Part shown: positions 7,038 to 14,162 of the stretch, in pieces | How the letters are laid out: each line of letters opens with the position of its first letter | How positions within the stretch are numbered: position 1 is the stretch's first letter | NCBI GenBank assembly: GCA_038736825.1 | Contig: JAVYME010000002.1 | Location: forward strand, 10,783-42,782 | Reading direction: 5' to 3' | Origin: Candidatus Iainarchaeum sp. | GTDB taxonomy: Archaea > Iainarchaeota > Iainarchaeia > Iainarchaeales > DTGL01 | Length of the DNA stretch: 32,000 nt | Made by a program: the position numbers and the translations under genes | The notes under the pieces: generated by a model | Database searches by the model: none | Seen by the model: only the letters and a program-made list of their open reading frames with translations | What the model was told of the DNA's origin: nothing

Positions 7038-8407
7038 ATCCAGAGATTTTCCGCGAATACGACATTCGCGGGCACGCAGAAAAAGACTTGGACAACCAAA
7101 CAGTGAAAAAAATAGCGAAAGCCTTTGCCTCAAAAATTTTGGAAAAAAAAGGCAGAACTGTCTGCCTTGGAATGGACAACAGGGAAAGCAGTGAAAGAAT
7201 TGCAAGCGCTTTCCGCAATGGCTTGACAGAAAGCGGGCTCAACGTAATAGATGTGGGCATTGTGCCAATTCCAGCACTCTATTATTCCATTATTGCCTTC
7301 AATTCAGACGGAGGAGCAATGATTACAGGCTCGCATTTAGCAAAAGAATTCAATGGATTCAAGTTGAGTGACGACAAAAGCGCTGCAACCCTTTTTGGAA
7401 AACAAATACTGGAATTAAAAGAAATCGCTGAAAGCAAAAAATTTCAAAGCCTTGAAAAAAAAGGCTTGGTGGAGAAAAAAAACGTGCTGAATTCCTTTAT
7501 TGGCTCAATAGTGGAAAGAATTCACTTGCAGCGCTCATTGAAAATTGCAGTGGATTGCGGGAATGGCACAGCCTCGCTTGCAGCCAGCCAAATCCTGAAA
7601 GCCATTGGATGCCAAGCAAGCCCATTATACTGTGACTTGAATTCCGGTTTTCCAAACCACCACCCAGACCCAGTAAAACCAGAAAACCTGCAAGCCTTGA
7701 TTGAAAAGGTTAAAAGAGAAAAATGCGATTTCGGGGTAGCCTTTGACGGCGACGCTGACAGAATCGGCGTAGTTGACGAAAAAGGCAACATTTTATGGGG
7801 CGACATGCTGTTATCAATTTTTGCCCAAGACCTGCTTGAAAGAAAACCAAAAGCAAAAATAGTTTTTGAAGTGAAATGCTCCAAAATAGTGGAAGACACA
7901 GTGAAAAAAGCCGGCGGCATTCCAATAATGTGGAAAACAGGCCATTCCCTGATAAAAAAGAAAATGCGCGATGAAGGCGCACTGCTTGCAGGAGAAATGT
8001 CAGGGCATCTCTTCTTTGCAGACAACTATTTTGGCTTTGATGACGCGCTTTTTGCAATGGCAAGGCTTTGCGAAATTGTTTCCAGAAAAGGCGCTCTCGG
8101 AAAAATAGCCTCAAGCCTGCCAAAATACAATTCAACGCCAGAAATCAGAATTGAATGCAATGAAAAAGAAAAATGGCTTTTAGTGGAAAAAGCCAAAAAA
8201 TATTTTTCAGCAAAACACGACATTATAACAATTGACGGAGTTCGCGTGAATTTTCCTGATGGCTGGGCTTTGGTTAGAGCCAGCAACACAAGCCCAGTAT
8301 TGGTTCTCCGCATGGAATCCTCAACAAAAAAAGGGCTTGAAAGAATAAAGGAAGAAATGCGGATTGCAATGAAAGAAATAGCTCCAAAACTGGAATTGGG
8401 GTTTTAA
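7034..8407 (+). CDS. Phosphomannomutase/phosphoglucomutase (alpha-D-phosphohexomutase family)
   Basis: All four family loops are present: the phosphoserine loop ITGSHLAKEFNGFKL, the Mg loop AFDGDADRIGVVD, the sugar loop AGEMSGHLFF, and the phosphate loop VRASNTSPVLVLRMES. It has an ATGA overlap with galT. Confidence 0.92.
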   Translation: MNPEIFREYDIRGHAEKDLDNQTVKKIAKAFASKILEKKGRTVCLGMDNRESSERIASAFRNGLTESGLNVIDVGIVPIPALYYSIIAFNSDGGAMITGSHLAKEFNGFKLSDDKSAATLFGKQILELKEIAESKKFQSLEKKGLVEKKNVLNSFIGSIVERIHLQRSLKIAVDCGNGTASLAASQILKAIGCQASPLYCDLNSGFPNHHPDPVKPENLQALIEKVKREKCDFGVAFDGDADRIGVVDEKGNILWGDMLLSIFAQDLLERKPKAKIVFEVKCSKIVEDTVKKAGGIPIMWKTGHSLIKKKMRDEGALLAGEMSGHLFFADNYFGFDDALFAMARLCEIVSRKGALGKIASSLPKYNSTPEIRIECNEKEKWLLVEKAKKYFSAKHDIITIDGVRVNFPDGWALVRASNTSPVLVLRMESSTKKGLERIKEEMRIAMKEIAPKLELGF

Positions 8408-9111
8408 TGCCAGCAAAATACACTGGACCGGTTGTTTTTATCACTCACCCGCTTTGGACTGAAGCCAGAAACGGTTTTTTAGAACCAGAAAAGGTTAAAA
8501 GGCAGGAAAAATTTCACAGGCAAAAAATTTTGCAATTGCTTTGTTTTGCAGCAAAACACGGGTTGCCTGTTTTCTATGTTCGAGACCCAAAAACTGAAAA
8601 AAAATTTTTTGAACTTGCTGAACAGGCAGGCTTTAATGCAAGAGAGCGCCACAGAGTGTTTCAATTGAAACCGGTTTTTTTTTCAAAACAAAACAGGAAT
8701 GCTCAAATCATTTGCCTGGAGCAAGGCACGGCTTTGCCAGAAAAACTGAAAAACCATTTTAATCCAACCTCCATTATTCACGCTGGCGCTCTTAGAACTG
8801 AATGCGTTGGCGACAGTATTTTTGGCACTGGAAAGGCTTGGCCTAACGCGAGACAGGTTTTGCTCACTGGTTCTTATTCCTTTGAATTGCCAGCATTTCG
8901 CTTTCCAAGCGAACCAAAAAATAGGGGGGTTTGGACTGATAGAGCGGCAAAAATGCGAGAATTAAGGGCTTCAGGAGTTCATACAACCAGCAAGCTTGGA
9001 AGGCACTTGTTTTTCCCACAGCATTCTTTCAATAGCAAGAGCAATGGAATGCCTTTAAAGCCAGTGCTGGCTTCAAGAAAAAAGCCAAGGTTTAACCCGA
9101 AAAGAATTTGA
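8407..9111 (+). CDS. Hypothetical protein with a weak isochorismatase/cysteine-hydrolase-like pattern and a basic C-terminal tail
   Basis: 234-aa ORF whose ATG overlaps the PMM/PGM stop (TAATG). No long competing ORF exists. The segment TSIIHAGALRTECVGDSI loosely resembles the G..T..CV strand of isochorismatase-like folds, but the usual N-terminal Asp motif is not evident. Confidence 0.6.
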   Translation: MPAKYTGPVVFITHPLWTEARNGFLEPEKVKRQEKFHRQKILQLLCFAAKHGLPVFYVRDPKTEKKFFELAEQAGFNARERHRVFQLKPVFFSKQNRNAQIICLEQGTALPEKLKNHFNPTSIIHAGALRTECVGDSIFGTGKAWPNARQVLLTGSYSFELPAFRFPSEPKNRGVWTDRAAKMRELRASGVHTTSKLGRHLFFPQHSFNSKSNGMPLKPVLASRKKPRFNPKRI

Positions 9112-9136
9112 ATCGTTGTTCAACGAAAAAAAAGCG

Positions 9137-9148
9137 TTTTTTGTTTTT
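9137..9148 (+). terminator. Oligo-T tract (T6-G-T5) downstream of the galT-PMM-hypothetical unit
   Basis: The sequence ttttttgttttt lies 26 nt after the stop at 9111. Archaeal termination commonly uses oligo-T runs. Confidence 0.3.
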
Positions 9149-9164
9149 CCTTGAATCGTTGTTT

Positions 9165-9232
9165 GTCGTTGTTTGGAAATATATTAAAAGTTTATAGTGT
9201 CGTTGTTTGGAAATATATTAAAAGTTTATAGT
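9165..9232 (+). repeat. Perfect 2 x 34-bp tandem direct repeat carrying a BRE/TATA-like element, upstream of gap
   Basis: 9165-9198 and 9199-9232 are both gtcgttgtttggaaatatattaaaagtttatagt, aligned base by base. Each unit contains aaaagTTTATAg (purine-rich BRE-like plus TTTATA) and ATATATTAAA. The submotif tcgttgtt also occurs at 9113 and 9156. Confidence 0.95.
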
Positions 9233-9291
9233 TTCCAATATTAAACGTTTCATTATAACGCGTTTTTTTTTGGGTTAAGGGGGGTTGAAAT

Positions 9292-10290
9292 TTGAAGGTT
9301 GCAATTAATGGGTTTGGGAGAATTGGAAGGCTTTTTTTAAGGCATGCTCTTTCAGAAAAATCAATTAATGTTGTTGCAGTGAACGATTTAGGTGATGCCA
9401 AAACAATGGCTCACTTGTTCAAATATGACTCTGTTTTTGGCAAATTTCCAGGGGAAGTCAAGGCTGGCGATGGCGAAATAAGCATTAATGGAAAAAAAAT
9501 CAAGGTTTTCAGCGAGCGCGATCCAGAAAAACTGCCTTGGGCTTCACTTGGCGTTGAAATAGTGCTTGAAAGCACTGGGGTTTTTACCAAAAAAGAGGAT
9601 TGCTCGAAGCATTTAAAGGCTGGCGCTAAAAGGGTTGTTTTAAGCGCTCCACCGAAATCAGATGACATTAAACAGTTTGTTTTGGGCGTGAACGAGAAAA
9701 ACTATGATCCAAAGACAGATTTCATTGTCAGCAATGCGTCTTGCACTACAAACTCTCTTGCTCCAGTGGCAAAAATTTTAAATGACGAGTTTGGAATTGA
9801 AAAGGGCTTTATGACAACAATTCACGCTTACACTGGCGACCAGGTTTTAGTGGACGGCCCTCACAAGGATTTGAGGAGGGCTCGCGCTGCTGCCACCAAC
9901 ATTGTTCCAACCACTACTGGTGCAGCAAAAGCCATTTCTAGAGTGATTCCAGAGCTTGCTGGAAAGCTTGACGGGATTGCTGTCAGAGTGCCAGTGCCTT
10001 GTGGTTCTGTGACAGATTTTGTTGCATGGCTTGAAAGGGAAGTAACAGTTGAACAAGTGAATGCTGCAGTTAAAAAGGCAGCAGAGGGTTCCATGAAGGG
10101 CATTCTTGAATTCAGCACTGAAGAGCTTGTGAGCAGCGACATTGTTGCAAACCCGCATTCCAGCATTTTTGATTCCAAGTGCACTATGGCTTCAGGGAAA
10201 ATGGTTAAGGTTTTGTGCTGGTATGACAACGAATTCGGTTACAGCAAAAGGCTTGTTGATTTAATGAAATTCATGGAGGCAAAAAAATGA
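9292..10290 (+). CDS. gap: Glyceraldehyde-3-phosphate dehydrogenase, class I (bacterial/eukaryotic type)
   Basis: Motifs present: KVAINGFGRIGR (NAD-binding), SNASCTTN (catalytic Cys) and WYDNEFGYS. The start is TTG, preceded by AAGGGGGG. Confidence 0.95.
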   Translation: MKVAINGFGRIGRLFLRHALSEKSINVVAVNDLGDAKTMAHLFKYDSVFGKFPGEVKAGDGEISINGKKIKVFSERDPEKLPWASLGVEIVLESTGVFTKKEDCSKHLKAGAKRVVLSAPPKSDDIKQFVLGVNEKNYDPKTDFIVSNASCTTNSLAPVAKILNDEFGIEKGFMTTIHAYTGDQVLVDGPHKDLRRARAAATNIVPTTTGAAKAISRVIPELAGKLDGIAVRVPVPCGSVTDFVAWLEREVTVEQVNAAVKKAAEGSMKGILEFSTEELVSSDIVANPHSSIFDSKCTMASGKMVKVLCWYDNEFGYSKRLVDLMKFMEAKK

Positions 10291-11540
10291 TTGACGGGAT
10301 TCGTTCCATTGAAGAGGTTTCAGTCAAGGGCAAAACAGTTATTTTGAGGGCAGACCTTAATTCTGCAGTCAAGACATCCATGGAACTGGCTGAACCATTA
10401 AAGGAAGAACCAAAGTTCAAGCACACCAAACTCCTTAAAAGCCCAAAGCTTGCAGCGCACGCTAAAACCATAAGATGGCTTGCAGCCAATGGAGCGAAAA
10501 TTGTTGTTTTAAGCCATCAAGGCAGGGAAGGCAGAAGCGATTTCATAGATTTAAGCAATCATTGCACAATCCTGCAAAGGCTTACAGACTTAAATGTAAG
10601 TTTTTTCAAGTGGAACGAAGACTATCTTTCAGCAATAAAAAAAATGAAAGAAGGCGAAGTGGTTCTCCTTGACAACACCCGCTTTCTCGCGTTTGAGTCA
10701 AAAGAAAAGCCAGCCGCAGAACACGCAAAAGAAAAAACAATAAAGGATTTGGCTTCTGTTGCAGATTTCTTTGTATTGGATGCCTTAAGCGTTGCACACA
10801 GGTCTCATGCCACAGTGGTTGGCTTTACCGCATTACTGCCAAGCTTTGCAGGACCGATTTTGGTTGACGAGCTTGAAGCACTGAAAAAAATAGAAAGCGC
10901 TAAGGATAACACAGTGCTAGTGGTTGGCGGCTTAAAGCCAGAGGACACCCTGCCAGTAGTGGAAAAAATGTTGTCCGGAAAGCGCGCAAGCCAGGTTTTG
11001 CTTGGCGGCGGTTTGGGCGAACTAGCCATAATGGCTAAAGGCAAAAGCCTTGGAGAAAAAGACGCTTTCTTAAAGGAAAACAAGGTGCTTGACTCTTTGC
11101 CTGAAATGAAGCGCGTGTTGGAAAAATTCAATGGAAAGATATGCTTTCCAGTGGATTTAGCCATAAGGCGCAAAGGGCAACGCGAGGAAATATCGCTTGC
11201 AGAACTTCCAATAAACGACATGATTTATGATGTTGGCGAAATCACAATGAAAAACTATTGCAGCATTGTGAGCAAGGCAGACTTGGTTATATTTAATGGT
11301 CCTTTGGGCAAGTTTGAATCCTACCAGTTTGCTTATGGGACAAGAAAAATGTTTGAAACCCTTTGCAGGAGTCGAGCTTATTCCATAATCGGTGGTGGTG
11401 ACACGCTTACTGCAATGGTGCGGCTTGGCTTTAAAGAAAAAGAATTCAACCATGTAAGTCTTGCCGGAAAAGCCTTGCTGCAATTCTTGGTTGGAGAAGA
11501 ATTGCCTGGAATTATTGCTTTAGCCAAAAACAAGCAATAA
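10287..11540 (+). CDS. pgk: Phosphoglycerate kinase (archaeal-type sequence features)
   Basis: Motifs present: VILRADLNSAV, VVLLDNTRF and IIGGGDTLTAM. The 417-aa length fits. It has an ATGA overlap with gap. Confidence 0.93.
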   Translation: MIDGIRSIEEVSVKGKTVILRADLNSAVKTSMELAEPLKEEPKFKHTKLLKSPKLAAHAKTIRWLAANGAKIVVLSHQGREGRSDFIDLSNHCTILQRLTDLNVSFFKWNEDYLSAIKKMKEGEVVLLDNTRFLAFESKEKPAAEHAKEKTIKDLASVADFFVLDALSVAHRSHATVVGFTALLPSFAGPILVDELEALKKIESAKDNTVLVVGGLKPEDTLPVVEKMLSGKRASQVLLGGGLGELAIMAKGKSLGEKDAFLKENKVLDSLPEMKRVLEKFNGKICFPVDLAIRRKGQREEISLAELPINDMIYDVGEITMKNYCSIVSKADLVIFNGPLGKFESYQFAYGTRKMFETLCRSRAYSIIGGGDTLTAMVRLGFKEKEFNHVSLAGKALLQFLVGEELPGIIALAKNKQ

Positions 11541-11547
11541 TTTTTTT
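11541..11547 (+). terminator. T7 tract immediately after the pgk stop codon
   Basis: The sequence reads taa-ttttttt-aaaagg. This is an oligo-T archaeal termination signal at the end of the gap-pgk unit. Confidence 0.35.
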
Positions 11548-11575
11548 AAAAGGAAATTTTCACAAAAAAAAGAAC

Positions 11576-11593
11576 TTTCACCCGATAGTGAAA
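11576..11593. promoter_or_regulatory. Palindrome TTTCAC-N6-GTGAAA upstream of glgA; candidate transcription-factor site
   Basis: The sequence tttcac ccgata gtgaaa was read directly. An extra half-site tttcac lies at 11558-11563. The palindrome sits ~65-80 nt upstream of the glgA start. A TATA-like ttttaattttt follows at ~11645-11657. Confidence 0.3.
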
Positions 11594-11658
11594 AAACTGT
11601 TGGGTTATCCTTTTCTTTGCTTTGGTTTATTCTTCTAATTGCGCGCTTTTAATTTTTA

Positions 11659-12867
11659 GTGATAATGGTTTCCATGGACGTCCTAATGCTTGGCTGGGAA
11701 TTTCCACCCCTAAAATCTGGGGGATTAGGCACCTACCTATACCATTTCACCCGCGAACTCCACAAACTAGGCTTAAGCATTTCCCTAATAACACCATACA
11801 CTGGCAAAGACATTTCTCCTGGCTTTGTCAAAATCCTTCAAGCAGGCCCAGAAACAGAAATAATCGGCATTAAATCCACCCTCATGCCTTACGCCACCCC
11901 CCTGCCAGCAACTGTTCTCTCAACCACAACCGGATTAAAACAACCCTATGGCTGGAACCTCTTTGAAGAAGTCTCATATTACACTGCCAGAGCAATTGAA
12001 ATCGGAAAAAAACTACAATTCAAAGCAATCCACTGCCATGACTGGATGACATTTCCAGCAGGCATAGAACTCAAAAGCATAACCGGCAAACCACTTATTG
12101 CAACCATCCACTCCACAGAATTCGACCGCACAGGCCAGTTGTATCCAAACGAATGGATTGCTGGAATTGAAAAGACTGGCTTGCAGGCAGCAGACAAAAT
12201 AATCACAGTAAGCAATTTCATGAAAACACAAATAGTTGAAAAGTACTCGATTCCACCCGAAAAAATAACTGTTGTCTACAACGCAATAGACCTCTCGCAT
12301 TACTCAAAAAAACCCCACTTGAACAAGCCAAACGAAAAAATTGTATTGTTTGTGGGGCGCCTTACAATCCAAAAAGGGTGCCCTTTCTTTTTGGAAGCAG
12401 CAAAAAAGGTTTTAGAGTTTGAACCAAACGCGCGCTTCATAATAGTGGGTTCAGGCGACATGCTTGGCGAAATGATACAAAAAAGCATTGATTTGGGGAT
12501 AAGCAGCAATGTCACCTTTACCGGATTTGAGGAAAACGTCAGCGACTATTATTCCATAGCAGACGTGTTTGTAATGCCCTCGGTTTCAGAACCCTTTGGC
12601 TTGACTGCCTTAGAAGCAATGGCCTGCATGGCGCCAGTGATTGTAAGCAAGCAGAGCGGGGTAAGCGAGGTTTTGAGAAATGTTTTAAAAGTGGATTTTT
12701 GGGATGTGCACGAGCTGGCAAACAAAATAATCGGAGTCCTTTGCTATGAAGCAGTCCGCTCAGAACTCCAAGAAAAAGGGTTTTCAGAAATCCAAAGGTT
12801 CAGGAACTGGGGGGATGTGGCAAGAGAAACAGCCAAAGTCTACAATGAGGCATACAATGGAGTGTGA
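11659..12867 (+). CDS. glgA: Glycogen synthase, archaeal GlgA-type GT-B glycosyltransferase
   Basis: The N-terminus DVLMLGWEFPPLKSGGLGTYLYHFTRELHKLG carries the K-x-GGL motif and resembles archaeal glycogen synthases. An EX7E motif is present in SEPFGLTALEAMACMAPVIVSKQSGVSEVL. The probable true start is ATG 11674 (MDVLMLGWEF); the ORF track uses GTG 11659. Confidence 0.85.
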   Translation: MIMVSMDVLMLGWEFPPLKSGGLGTYLYHFTRELHKLGLSISLITPYTGKDISPGFVKILQAGPETEIIGIKSTLMPYATPLPATVLSTTTGLKQPYGWNLFEEVSYYTARAIEIGKKLQFKAIHCHDWMTFPAGIELKSITGKPLIATIHSTEFDRTGQLYPNEWIAGIEKTGLQAADKIITVSNFMKTQIVEKYSIPPEKITVVYNAIDLSHYSKKPHLNKPNEKIVLFVGRLTIQKGCPFFLEAAKKVLEFEPNARFIIVGSGDMLGEMIQKSIDLGISSNVTFTGFEENVSDYYSIADVFVMPSVSEPFGLTALEAMACMAPVIVSKQSGVSEVLRNVLKVDFWDVHELANKIIGVLCYEAVRSELQEKGFSEIQRFRNWGDVARETAKVYNEAYNGV

Positions 12868-12943
12868 GCGAAGATTGCAAGCAATAGAAACGGGGTTTCT
12901 TAAAAAGCCGCCAATAAAGCCTAAAACTGAAAGGTAATGAAAA

Positions 12944-14128
12944 ATGACAGATATTTGCCTTTATTTTCAAGTCCACCAGCCATTAAGGCTTTCAAAGTTT
13001 TCCTTTTTTGACATTGGAAGGCAAAAAGCATACTTTGACAGCGAAGCCAACAAATTCTATCTGGAACGGGTTGCAAGAAAATGCTACAAGCCAGCAAACG
13101 AAACAATCCTGCGCTTGATAAATGAAAGCAATGGTAGATTTAAAGTCAATTACAGCATTACCGGAGTGCTCCTTGACCAGCTTGCAGACGGCTTTCCAGA
13201 AATAATAGAATCCTTTCAAAAAATAGCTGACACTGGATGTTGCGAGTTCTTCAATGAAACCTATTATCATTCGCTTTCATGGCTTGTGTCAAAAAGAGAA
13301 TTCATTGACCAGGTTAAATTGCACAGAAAAAAAATGCGTGCAACCTTTGGAGTAAAACCAAGGGTTTTCCGCAACACTGAAGCAATGTACTCCAATGAAA
13401 TCGCAAAAACCGCAGAAGAATTGAACTTTAAGGGAATAGTTTGCGAAGGCATAGACAGATTGCTCGGATGGCGAAGCCCAAATTATGTATACAAGGCAAA
13501 GGGTTGTGAAATAAGGGTTCTTTCAAGAAATTACCGCTTAAGCGACGACATTGCCTTTCGCTTTTCAGAACACTCCTGGAATGAATTCCCATTAACCGCA
13601 GACAAATACGCTAACTGGCTTTCCTCCACACCTGGAGACTGCATCAACATATTTATGGACTACGAAACCTTTGGCGAACACCAGTGGCCTGAAACCGGCA
13701 TATTCGAGTTTCTCTCCTGCCTTCCAAAAGAGATTTTCAAACACAATCACTTGAATTTTGCCACTGCTTCTGAAATAATAAAAAAACACCCTCCGCGTGA
13801 CGAATTCGATGTGCCTCAAACTGTTTCCTGGGCGGATGTTGACAGGGATCTTTCCGCCTGGCTGGAAAACAAAATGCAAAAACAGGCTTTTTCAGAGATA
13901 AAAAGCCTGGAACAGCATGCCAGGAAAGCCGGCGGCACTGCCCTTGAAGACTGGCGCAGGCTGCAGATTTCAGACCATTTTTATTATATGTGCACCAAAT
14001 GGTTTGCTGACGGTGACGTCCACAAATACTTCAATCCATACCAGAATCCTTATGATGCCTTCATAAACTACATGAATGTAGTGTCAGACCTAAAGGCAAG
14101 AGTGCAAAAAAAGAAGGCAGCAAAATAG
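12944..14128 (+). CDS. Glycoside hydrolase family 57 protein (alpha-amylase / alpha-glucan-active enzyme; exact specificity unknown)
   Basis: The N-terminus ICLYFQVHQPLRL contains the GH57 region-I HQP motif. Also present are FFNETYYHS and MDYETFGEHQW, a GH57-like acidic catalytic region. The AGGT SD-like motif lies upstream. Confidence 0.85.
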   Translation: MTDICLYFQVHQPLRLSKFSFFDIGRQKAYFDSEANKFYLERVARKCYKPANETILRLINESNGRFKVNYSITGVLLDQLADGFPEIIESFQKIADTGCCEFFNETYYHSLSWLVSKREFIDQVKLHRKKMRATFGVKPRVFRNTEAMYSNEIAKTAEELNFKGIVCEGIDRLLGWRSPNYVYKAKGCEIRVLSRNYRLSDDIAFRFSEHSWNEFPLTADKYANWLSSTPGDCINIFMDYETFGEHQWPETGIFEFLSCLPKEIFKHNHLNFATASEIIKKHPPRDEFDVPQTVSWADVDRDLSAWLENKMQKQAFSEIKSLEQHARKAGGTALEDWRRLQISDHFYYMCTKWFADGDVHKYFNPYQNPYDAFINYMNVVSDLKARVQKKKAAK

Positions 14129-14162
14129 CCCAATTGCTTTTTCTGAATATGCTTGATTTTGC

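Noticed and set aside
7522-8313. Three minus-strand ORFs of 95-167 aa inside the PMM/PGM gene. Similar antisense ORFs lie inside pgk (10805-11221), glgA, GDE (20456-21183), GGR (21824-22430) and NFACT (22725-23336).
   Set aside because: Every one lies fully within a + strand gene that has strong family motifs. None has a recognisable motif, and all have skewed Ser/Leu/Phe/Cys/Arg composition. The AT-leaning, Lys/Glu-rich coding style leaves long open antisense frames.
11622-11873. An 83-aa + strand ORF overlapping the start of glgA in another frame.
   Set aside because: The glgA frame carries the K-x-GGL glycogen-synthase N-terminus. The alternative frame is Pro/Arg/His/Trp-rich with no motif.
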